Shown: piece after piece, positions 39,725-48,348 of the stretch
Layout: every line of letters begins with the position of its first letter
How positions within the stretch are numbered: position 1 is the first letter of the stretch
NCBI GenBank assembly: GCA_031363045.1
Contig: JANLTS010000210.1
Coordinates: 1-48,743, forward strand
DNA: 48,743 nucleotides
Direction: 5' to 3'
Origin: Hyphomicrobiales bacterium
Lineage (GTDB): Bacteria; Pseudomonadota; Alphaproteobacteria; Rhizobiales; Aestuariivirgaceae
Notes under the pieces: generated by a model
Databases searched by the model: none
What the model was told of the DNA's origin: nothing
What the model saw: the letters and a program-made list of their open reading frames with translations, nothing else
Made by a program: the position numbers and the translations under genes

Positions 39725-41823
39725 CACTAGCGCAAACTTCCGGGCGCAGCCGTATTTTGCAGCGCCTGCCACCAGGACTTGCGGGCTGGCTAGTCATTCT
39801 GGCAATTGTGGCGGTTCTATTGGCAATGCGGGGGCCGCTGCCCTGGCTTGTCAACCTGCCCCCGGACTGGCTTCCACCGCTGGCCGGGTGGGTCAATGCG
39901 GTAGTCGACGTCATCTTTACAGCCCTTCGCCCTGTGACGCGCCTGATCGCTGCGGGGTTTGACGTGCCAATAAGGGGGTTGCGTGGTTTTCTGCAATGGC
40001 TGCCCTGGTTTTCCCTGACTGCCATCATCATGCTGGTGTCGATCCAATCAAGCGGCTGGCAACTGGCGGTTTTCGCTGGTCTGACCTGTCTCTACATCGT
40101 CGCGGCCGGGTTCTGGCAGGCGTCAGTCAACACGCTGGTTCTGGTTCTGTTGGCCATTCCGCTTTCGGTGGTCCTGGGTTTCCTGATAGGCCTGCTAGCG
40201 CAGCGGGTGCCCAGAACCCGCAAAACGATTGATGTCATGCTGGACGTGATGCAGACGATGCCAGCCTTCGCCTATCTGATCCCATTGCTCGTTCTTTTCG
40301 GCTATGGGCCAATCGTTGGGCTACTGGCCAGCGTGATTTTTGCAATCCCGCCCATGGTGCGGAACACATGGCTCGGCATTGATCAGGTTCCAGTTGCGAT
40401 CACCGAGGCCGCGCAAATGTGTGGTTGTTCGCGGTTGCAACGGCTCGTGATGGCAGAAATTCCCGCCGCCGTCCCGCAACTGCTGGTGGGCATCAACCAG
40501 ACCACAATGGCCGTTCTGAGCATGGTCATCGTGGCCGCCGTGATCGGCGGCTTTGAGGATATTGGGTGGGCAGTGCTGAGTGCTACCCGTGTTGCACAAC
40601 TCGGCGGTAGCCTGCTCGCGGGGTTGGTGATCGTTTTCCTGGCAATCTTGTTCGACCGGATAACCAAGGGGTTTGTCCGGCGATCCCAGTTATCGCGCGC
40701 ACCGTTGGGCATAGTGCGCCGGTCGGTTTTGGTGCTGCTGTGGGTTGTGGTGCTGACGGGAATCGTGATGCGGCTGCTCTGGCCCGACAGCACCGCATTG
40801 GCGGTTGGTGCGCAGGGGATCTTTCCCGTACAAGAACTTGACCGAGCATTTCTTGTCTTTGTGGGCGAACACGCGGCTACCATCACGGGCATCAAGAACG
40901 CCATCCTGACTTATCTTCTTTTGCCGATTCGGGTTGGACTTGTGCAAGTTGTGGTGCCCGGACTATGGGGATTTGCGCTGACACCAGGCCTTATCGCGGC
41001 CTACGCCATTGCCGTGCTTTTGTTGGCGCTGGCCGCCGCGCGGGCGATTGGCTGGCGTTCTGCGGCGGCAATCGTTGTGGCGGGGCTGTTGCTGTTCTTC
41101 GGGCTGACTGACTTTCCCTGGCCCGCGAGCTTTCTGCTGGTGGTCGCAGTGGCCTGGCAGGTTGGACGATGGCGCATCGCGGCCTTCAGCTTTTTCAGCC
41201 TCGCGCTGATCCTTTGTTCCGGTCTTTGGGGCGCGATGATACAATCGGTCTATCTGTGCAGTCTGGCAGTTTTAGTTTCGCTTCTCATCGGCGGTGTGAT
41301 CGGAATCTGGGCGGCATCCAGCACGCGAATTTCGGATGTGGTCCGGCCGCTCGCCGATGCGTTGCAGACGATTCCGCAGTTCGTGTTCCTGATACCTGCG
41401 GTTATGCTTTTCAAGGTGGGAGATGTGACAGCGCTGATGGCGATCATTCTTTATGCGGTGGTTCCGCCAATCCGTTATATCGAGCATGGCCTGCGGACCG
41501 TCCCGGTAGAAATTGTAGAATCCGCGCGTCAGATCGGTTGTAGCGGTTGGCAGCTGTTGTTGTGGGTCAAGCTGCCGGTCGCCTGGCCGGTGATCGTACT
41601 TGGAATCAACCAGACTATAATGGCGGCCTTGTCGATGCTTGCCATCTCGGCGATGGTCGGGACGCGCGATCTTGGCCAGCAGGTTTATATTGCCTTGGGC
41701 AAAGCAGATGCGGGGGCTGGCTTGCTGGCGGGTCTCGCGATAGCACTGCTGGCCATGATGTCGGAACGCATCATCCGAGCGTCGATTGGCAGCGTCACCC
41801 CCGCCAAGGAAAGCATGATTTGA
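39721..41823 (+). CDS. Betaine/proline ABC transporter permease with two fused ProW-like domains
   Basis: Two copies of D..QT.P.F.(Y/F)LIP, EAA/ESA loop and G.NQT.MA.LSM in 700 aa. Confidence 0.9.
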   Translation: MTLAQTSGRSRILQRLPPGLAGWLVILAIVAVLLAMRGPLPWLVNLPPDWLPPLAGWVNAVVDVIFTALRPVTRLIAAGFDVPIRGLRGFLQWLPWFSLTAIIMLVSIQSSGWQLAVFAGLTCLYIVAAGFWQASVNTLVLVLLAIPLSVVLGFLIGLLAQRVPRTRKTIDVMLDVMQTMPAFAYLIPLLVLFGYGPIVGLLASVIFAIPPMVRNTWLGIDQVPVAITEAAQMCGCSRLQRLVMAEIPAAVPQLLVGINQTTMAVLSMVIVAAVIGGFEDIGWAVLSATRVAQLGGSLLAGLVIVFLAILFDRITKGFVRRSQLSRAPLGIVRRSVLVLLWVVVLTGIVMRLLWPDSTALAVGAQGIFPVQELDRAFLVFVGEHAATITGIKNAILTYLLLPIRVGLVQVVVPGLWGFALTPGLIAAYAIAVLLLALAAARAIGWRSAAAIVVAGLLLFFGLTDFPWPASFLLVVAVAWQVGRWRIAAFSFFSLALILCSGLWGAMIQSVYLCSLAVLVSLLIGGVIGIWAASSTRISDVVRPLADALQTIPQFVFLIPAVMLFKVGDVTALMAIILYAVVPPIRYIEHGLRTVPVEIVESARQIGCSGWQLLLWVKLPVAWPVIVLGINQTIMAALSMLAISAMVGTRDLGQQVYIALGKADAGAGLLAGLAIALLAMMSERIIRASIGSVTPAKESMI

Positions 41824-41836
41824 CCGAGATGCGGCA

Positions 41837-42799
41837 ATGAAAGATGGCTATGCACGGCTTCATCCGCAACTACGGGCGGCACTGGGGAATACACCCATTT
41901 ACGACCTCACGAGGCTGTCAGAGACGCGGCAGCTTGACGCTGCCTTTGGCAGAATGTTGTCGGACGCCTCTATTACGGCCGCGCCGGACCTCGGCCGCGT
42001 CATGGTCCAGAATATCAGAATACCGGGGCAAGACGGGTACGTGATGGACGCTCGTCTGTATCGGCCAGCCGGTGCAGACGAGCCGTTGTCTGCCCTGCTG
42101 ATGTGCCACGGCGGGGCGTTTTGTCTGGGCGATCTGGATACAGAAGACTTTCGCTGTCGTCGCTATGCGCGCGATGCCGGATGCGCCGTCTTGAACATCG
42201 ATTACCGCCTTGCACCAGAACACCGGTTTCCCGTCCCGTTTGAGGATTGCTATGCGGCCCTTGTCTGGTTGGCTGCAAATGCACCGACGTTCTGCATTGA
42301 TCCTAAAAGACTGGGGGTTGCGGGCGAGAGCGCTGGCGGCGCGCTTGCGGCAGCGACGGTTCTCGCCGCGCGCGACCGGGGCGGACCTGATCTTGCCGTT
42401 CAGATGTTGCTGTTTCCCGTGTTGGATCACAGGATGCTGACCGCCTCAATGCGGGCTGGCGAGAGTTTTCCTGCATGGACAACGCACCAGACGCGTCTTG
42501 CCTGGTCGCTTTACCTAGGGCCAGAATGTGCCACCATTCCAGCCTATGCCAGCCCTGGCACTGCCGACAACCTGCGTGGCCTGCCAGTTACTTTCGTGGC
42601 CTGTGCGGAAATCGACCCTCTGCACGACGAGGCGATGGACTATGCCTGCCGCTTGCGCGAGGCATCCGTGCGGACAGAGGTTCACAGCTATCTGGGGGGA
42701 TATCACGTCTTCGATGCGATTTGGCCAACGACGGCCTTGTCCCAACTCGCCTTGCAACAGCAGATAATATTCCTGTTGCGCTATCTTCGATGCCCCTGA
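41837..42799 (+). CDS. Alpha/beta hydrolase (HSL-family esterase)
   Basis: HGGAF, DYRLAPEH.FP, GESAGG, DPL.DE, H.FD. Confidence 0.9.
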   Translation: MKDGYARLHPQLRAALGNTPIYDLTRLSETRQLDAAFGRMLSDASITAAPDLGRVMVQNIRIPGQDGYVMDARLYRPAGADEPLSALLMCHGGAFCLGDLDTEDFRCRRYARDAGCAVLNIDYRLAPEHRFPVPFEDCYAALVWLAANAPTFCIDPKRLGVAGESAGGALAAATVLAARDRGGPDLAVQMLLFPVLDHRMLTASMRAGESFPAWTTHQTRLAWSLYLGPECATIPAYASPGTADNLRGLPVTFVACAEIDPLHDEAMDYACRLREASVRTEVHSYLGGYHVFDAIWPTTALSQLALQQQIIFLLRYLRCP

Positions 42800-42981
42800 G
42801 TCCAAGTTATCGCTGCCCGAGCGCGGCGCAGTCGTCAAGGTTCAGGATTCCTTTTGGCCCCGATCCATCTCTGCTTGCTTGAAGGCTGTTTTAAAGTCAG
42901 TATTGAGTTAGGGCTTTTTGTGGCGGGGATTCCTCTGCTGACAGCATTGCCGTGTGACAATGTGGCACTTCTCGGGTTTAA

Positions 42982-44337
42982 CAGGTTGCTGAAGAACTCG
43001 GCTCTCGACACGGTTTGAGGAACATGATTCCCTCTTGCTGCAGGGTTTGCGGGGGGTGATCATGCGGGGAACGGATTAGGCGGCAGGTTCGCTTTTCAGC
43101 TATGTGGACCTTGAGGAGCGTATCCCGGCGCGCCACCCGCTGCGGAAGGTCCGCCAGGTCGTGAATGACGCGCTGGCGAGCCTTGATGCTGATTTCGAAC
43201 TGCTTTATTCGGCCGAGGGTCGCCCCTCCATCGCGCCGGAGCGGCTGATGCGGGCCAGCCTAGTCCAGATCCTGTTCTCGGTCTGCTCCGAGCGCCAGCT
43301 GATGGAGCAGATGCAGTATAACCTGCTGTTCCGCTGGTTCGTGGGCCTTGGCATTGATGACCCGGTCTGGGTGCCGACAGTGTTCACCAAGAACCGCGAC
43401 GGGCTCCTGACCACCGATATGTCGCGCAAATTCCTGGCCGCCATTCTGGCGCACCGCGAGGTGGAACCGCTGCTGTCGGACGAGCACTTCTGGGTCGACG
43501 GCACGCTGGTGCAGGCATGGGCGTCAATGAAGAGCTTTCAGCCCAAGGACGATGGCGCGCCACCACACGATGACGGCGGGCCGGACAATCCGCCCGCAGC
43601 CGACCCCGACAACCTCGTTGAGCAGTCCCAACCCGAGACCACGCCGATGACCCGCCCTCTCCACCGGAACCGCAATACCGAAGTCGATTTCCGGGGTGAG
43701 AAACGCTCGAACGCCACTCATGCCTCGACCTCCGACCCCGACGCTCGGCTGTTCGAGAAGTCGCCAGGCACCGGTGCAATGCTGTGCTTCATGGGGCACA
43801 CATTGATGTAAAACCGCAATGGTCTGATCGTGCAGGCCGACCTGACCCGGGCCGACGGCCATGCAGAACGGCGCGCGGCGCTCGACATGATCCACCGCCA
43901 TTCCCCCGGATCGACCCGACGCCTGACGCTCGGCGCCGACAAGGGCTACGACAGCGCCGATTTTGTCGCCGGACTGCGACAGGCCTGCGTCACCCCTCAT
44001 GTCGCCCAAAAGCTCCGCCACTCCGCCATCGACGCCCGCACCATTCGTCATGCCGGACACGCCCTGTCGCAGAAACGCCGAAAGAAAAATCGAGGGGCCC
44101 TTCGGCTGGGCCGATACCATCGGCAGCATGGCCTAGACGGTGCTGCGCGGGATCGAACGGGTCCGCTCCCGCTTCACGTTGACCATGGCTGCCTGCAATC
44201 TCGCCAGATTGCCCCGCCTACTGGCCGTGTGATCGGGGGGCAGGTCCAACCAGCAAACTCGGAAAGACAGATCAGGTCCGTCTCAGACCGGCCTGGCAGG
44301 GAAACCGTTCTCTCGAACAGACTTCTTCAGCAGCCTG
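42982..44337 (+). mobile_element. IS5-family insertion sequence, full length but inactivated
   Basis: IRs CAGGTTGCTGAAGAACTC / CAGGCTGCTGAAGAAGTC (16/18); TTAA on both flanks (42978-42981 and 44338-44341). Confidence 0.9.
43062..44232 (+). pseudogene. IS5-family transposase pseudogene
   Basis: MRGTD*..LFSYVDLEERIP..GRPSIAPE..VDGT..GADKGYD; stops at 43077, 43809 and 44134; frameshift in the A-run at 44085-44089. Confidence 0.9.
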
Positions 44338-44344
44338 TTAAGAG

Positions 44345-45656
44345 CAACGCGTCACCTGGCGCAAGCTGTGTGACATCTATCAGAAGGACGGATCCGAGAT
44401 CGCCCCTGAACACTTGTGCCGCATCGCCCAAATCTACTAGAGCGTGTCTCGGCCATCGCGATTCAGGATTCCCTTGAAGGTTTGACTGTGATTCCCTGTC
44501 TTTGGGCAGATATGGGGGTCAATGATGGGCAAGCCGCATCCTGTAGAGCTACGGCAGCGGGTGGTTGACCATGTTGCGGAGGGGAACACGCACCGCTCGG
44601 CGGCAGTGCTGTTCAAAATTTTCGGTTAAGTTCATCAAGGACATGGTCAAGTTGATGAAAGCGACCGGGGGCCTTGTGCCGAAGGTCCAGGGCAACGGGG
44701 GGGCCACGGCAAGCTGTTCCCCCTGAAGGACTGGATCGCCCGCCGGATCGCGGAGAAGCGGGATATGACGGCCGCCGGACTGGCCAGCGAGATTGCCGCG
44801 ACGCATGGCATGGCGGTGCATCGCGGCTCGGTCTGGCGGCTGTTGCGGAAGCTTGGGCTGACGCACAAAAAAAGACCTGCAGGCCGTCGAGCAGAAGCGC
44901 CCCGAGGTCGCCGCCCTGCGCCACATCCGGATCATACGGCGCCAGCCCTTCATGGCCAACATGCTGACGCGGATCGGGTTTATTGACGAGACCTCGGTCA
45001 AGACCAACATGGCCAAGACCACCGGCTGGGCCCCGCGCGGCGAGAGGCTGGTCGATCACGCGCCCTTCGGCCACTGGCACACCCAGACTTTCATCGCGGC
45101 CCTGCGCCACGATCGCCTCGATGCGCCCTGGGTGATCGACGGCCCGATCAACCGCGACCTCGTCGACCTTTACATCGAGACCCAGCTCGCCCCCACCCTA
45201 CAGCCCCGACCTCAACCCGATCGAGATGGCTTTCGCCAAGCTCAAGACCCTGCTCCGAAAAGCCGCCGCCCGCACATATCAGGACCTCTGGAAAGTCGTA
45301 GGTGCCGTCTGCGACCTCTTCACCGAGGACGAATGCCTAAACTACTTCATCGCCGCAGGATACAAACCCGATTGAACGCGACCAGCTCTAGACCGAGGCC
45401 AGCGTCCGGGGCCTTTCCGCCAAAGAGCGCCGACCCCAGACAATGCAATCTGCCCCACGCTTTGCAGGCTCCCGTCGCTGGCTGACCAAACAACGCAGTC
45501 GCATCGCCGCCAAATCCCGCCTTGGCCAGAAGCTCGACTATATTCAACGCCACAGGGATGGCCTGCCAATCTTCTTGACTGATGCCGCGTTGAGATGGAC
45601 ACCAGCCCGATCGAAAATACCATCAGGCCGCTAGCGCTGAGCCGCAAAAACGCGCT
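44345..45656 (+). pseudogene. IS66 tnpC fragment (different element from 25.8-28.2 kb) split by IS630; pieces 44345-44439 and 45391-45656
   Basis: RKLCDIYQKDGSEIA...RIAQIY | TEASVRGLS..KSRLGQKLDYI..EMDT..ENTIRPLALSRKNAL. Confidence 0.75.
44440..45388 (+). mobile_element. IS630-family element with defective transposase (44522-45375)
   Basis: TA-flanked GAGC...GCTC ends; MGKPHPVELRQRV; A7G slippery site 44867-44874; FIDET, YSPDLNPIE; extra frameshift near 44620 and internal deletion at ~45198. Confidence 0.88.
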
Positions 45657-45702
45657 TGTCAATCGGCATGGAATACTGACCCCGATCGGCATCCAATTTT
45701 GA
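45657..45702 (+). mobile_element. Outer part of an IS21-family terminal inverted repeat
   Basis: TGTCAATCGGCATGGAATACTGACCCC-GATCGGCATCCAATTTTGA: TG start and tandem ATCGGC..AAT..TGACCCC units, the second cut after TGA. Confidence 0.75.
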
Positions 45703-45767
45703 TGTGGTGGACGGCCCCTGTCCAACCGTGGCGCGTGTTGCTGCCATGGTGCATGATCAAGGTTCCA
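45684..45767. repeat. 84-bp inverted repeat, left copy (partner 47048-47131); includes a truncated second IS1111 left end (45703-45767)
   Basis: 82/84 identity to the reverse complement of 47048-47131 by manual comparison. Confidence 0.92.
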
Positions 45768-45819
45768 TGTCTGGACGGCCCCTGATGCGAAAGCTGGAAC
45801 TATGACGAGCATATGCCGA

Positions 45820-45960
45820 AAGCAGTCATGTCTACGGCCTGTTTGTGCGGCATAGCCGCTGGCCCAGATGAAGTCCGCAGATCAGGTCCCAATCAAAATT
45901 ACGCGCTCGATTTGGCGCCTTGACCCCTTGGGGTGTCCTGATCCCCGGTTCGACCGGTTT
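45820..45960 (-). ncRNA. Putative bridge/seekRNA of the IS1111-type element (boundaries approximate)
   Basis: Two stem-enclosed internal loops; loop 1 carries GGGGTCAA and AATTTTGA (target), loop 2 carries AGACATGA (predicted circle junction). Confidence 0.72.
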
Positions 45961-46009
45961 GTCATCTTTCCTCAGCCTCGACGCATTTACTCTCGCCCGG
46001 CTCGTGCCA

Positions 46010-47029
46010 TCATGTGGATCGAGGGGCGAAGAACTAGTTCCGTCGCAAGATTGCCCAGGCTATGAGAGCGGTCATGTTGGCTTGGGCGACCGCAGCAACC
46101 TTCGGCCTCTTGCGCTCCTTGAGCCCCACTAGCCATGCTTTGCCCGGATCTCGCCGTCGGGCAAAGCCCATGACAGCATTCTCGCCAGAAACCAGCAGAC
46201 GACGGATATAGCCGTCGCCCTGTTTGCTGATGCCCATCTGCCTGTCCTTGCCGCCGCTGGAGTTTGCCCCCGGCGTCAGCCCGAGCCAGGCTGCGAACTG
46301 ACGGGCGGTTCTGAACAGGCTGGCATTTGGCACACTGGCCGCAATCGCACTGGCTGTGATGGGCCCGATCCCGGGAATGGTTGCAAGCTGCCGGCTGGCA
46401 TCATTCGTTCGGTGCCATTCGAGGATGCGGCTTTCGAGCCTTTCGATCTCATCGACCAGGCAATCTGCCATTCTGATCAGGGTCTGAAGGGCGGCGGTGG
46501 CATGTTCAGACAAAGAGTCCAACACCTTCTGGAAATGGGTCTTCAGGCTGCTCAACCCTTCCACGCCTTGGGCCGCAACGATGCCCAGCTCGGCGAGATG
46601 TGCCCTGAGTGCGTTGGTCTGCATTATCCTCTGCCGGACCAGGAGTTCCCTCGTCTTGTGAAGCATCAGTACCGCCTGCTGATCTTCTCTCTTCACCGCC
46701 ACGAAGCGCATCGTCGGCCGTGTGACTGCTTCGCAGATGGCTTCTGCATCCGAAGCAACGGTCTTGCCGCGCTTGACATCGGGCTTCACGTAAGCCGGGG
46801 GCATGAGCCTGACCTCGTGTCCTAGCCGGACAATCTCGCGAGCCCAAAAGTGAGACGACGCTCAAGCCTCCATCCCAACCAAGCAGGACGACAGGTTGGC
46901 AAAAAATGGCGCGACCTCCGCGCGGCGGAGTTTGCCGCGAACACAAACTCTCCCGTCTGCATCGACGCCGTGAACCTGAAACACATTCTTCGCGAGGTCG
47001 AGACCGACCGTCACGATCACATCAGACAT
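46010..47029 (-). pseudogene. IS110/IS1111 transposase with nonsense mutation
   Basis: GGGAGG RBS; MSDVIVTVGLDLAKNVFQVHG..VGMEA* (TGA at 46864-46862); DAEAICEA, IPGIGP, AWLGLTP..SSGGK; probable second early stop at 46034. Confidence 0.9.
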
Positions 47030-47112
47030 GGTGGAACCTCCCTATATTGGAACCTTGATCATGCACCATGGCAGCAACACGCGCCACGGTTGGACAGCGG
47101 CCGTCCACCACA

Positions 47113-47169
47113 TCAAAATTGGACGCCGATCACCCCGCCTAAGGGGTAAATTTTGCATGCCGAAACACA
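47113..47169 (-). mobile_element. Outer part of the opposite IS21-family terminal inverted repeat
   Basis: TCAAAATTGGACGCCGAT-CACCCCGCCTAA-GGGGTAAATTTTGCATGCCGAAACACA, ending in CA and mirroring 45657-45702. Confidence 0.75.
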
Positions 47170-47298
47170 GAAAGAACCACAGAGCCAGCGGGGGTTTCAC
47201 CAGAAAGTGGATATTGCGACACACCGACCTCACTTCAACAGGCCGCCAGAAAGTTGGAGAGAATCGATGATCTTTCGCACAGAAGCGCAAGGCCAGCC

Positions 47299-48141
47299 TC
47301 ACCTTGAAATTTCCCCAGTCATCACCGCCCGACCATGGACTGCGAGAATTGCTGTAAACCTAAGGCAGTCGACCCCTTTGGCCACATCGCGCACGCGGTC
47401 TTCATAGGCTGCTTGGCCGATAAGCCGAATAAGATCGGATGCGTGAAACTCCCTGTTCTTGCTCGGCGCGGCACTGATCAGGCGGTTTAACTCCAGTTCC
47501 GTCTGATCACGCTCGTGGTCAGGACTAAGTTCTGCAATCGGCCTTGCTGCTGCACCTGCCGAACTCCGCCATTTCCGCATGAACCCAAGAAGAAAGCCCG
47601 CCGGCACAGCTGCGTTGCCTCGTGCCCGATTGAAAGCCAGAAACCTATCCCAGATCGCCTGAGTGTCGACATTCCAACAGGCGAGGGGTGCCTTCGCAGC
47701 CCTGATCAGTTCAGCCCAAGGCGTCTGATAGACGTTGGTCTTCGCGGCAATTTCGATCCTTCCCGCAAATATAGTTTTGTTCTTAGACTCTCTAGATAGT
47801 GATGTGTCGCCTGTGGCTGACACGACATCTGGCGAAGTAACCTCTTCTTCTGACCCACCGAAGCGGAAGAGCCATGGCGCAAACTTACCGTTCGGCTTCC
47901 AGCGAACCAGAGCCAGAGCGGATTCGGCCAGTTCTGACAACAAGTCCGTCAGGTGCTGACGTGACACCCCCATCTTCTCTGCCAGATGCGTGAGCGTGAA
48001 GGCGGCGGTCCCGCGCTCGAGGCCGTTGTAGCCGTCCTTCCAAGCAATCCCGTCGAGGATGATTGTCGCGAGTTTGTGCGCTGAAACCGAAAGCGGCGTC
48101 TCAGTAATGCGGCGCAAAATGGCGCCAGTGGTCATGTTCAT
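47299..48141 (-). CDS. HTH-domain protein, possible plasmid replication initiator
   Basis: N-terminal winged-helix-like pattern (LSVSAHKLA..FTLTHLAEKMGVSRQHLTDLLSEL), low-complexity linker, helical C-terminal domain. Function is inferred only. Confidence 0.55.
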   Translation of the reverse strand: MNMTTGAILRRITETPLSVSAHKLATIILDGIAWKDGYNGLERGTAAFTLTHLAEKMGVSRQHLTDLLSELAESALALVRWKPNGKFAPWLFRFGGSEEEVTSPDVVSATGDTSLSRESKNKTIFAGRIEIAAKTNVYQTPWAELIRAAKAPLACWNVDTQAIWDRFLAFNRARGNAAVPAGFLLGFMRKWRSSAGAAARPIAELSPDHERDQTELELNRLISAAPSKNREFHASDLIRLIGQAAYEDRVRDVAKGVDCLRFTAILAVHGRAVMTGEISR

Positions 48142-48348
48142 TGCGGGGTCGTCCTTAGGCTCAGGACGCCGGACCTTAGGGTGCAAGAATTCGTTCGGGC
48201 AAAGCATATTGCCGGTTGAACGGGTCCTTCACTCGCGGTAGGTTTCTCTTGCAACGGAGAAATCAGTGCGGCGTCGGGCCTTTGGTCTGGCGTCGTTTCT
48301 GTTTCTGGGGGTTGGGTTTCCGGTCTGGTTCTGGTCGGGCTGGCTGCG

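Larger units (their letters stand above)
45768..47112 (-). mobile_element. IS110-superfamily element, IS1111 type
   Basis: 13-bp sub-terminal IRs TGGACGGCC(C/G)CTG, DEDD transposase, ~240-bp non-coding region downstream of the gene, no TSD. Confidence 0.9.

Noticed and set aside
42900-42977. Possible orphan IS left end (TTAGGGCTTTTTGTGGCGGGGATTCC) before the IS5
   Set aside because: No matching end or coding remnant; too weak to call.
45684-47131. Treating the 84-bp inverted repeat as ordinary terminal IRs of one transposon
   Set aside because: Each copy is a composite of IS21-end sequence plus IS1111 left end, and IS1111 elements have only short sub-terminal IRs.
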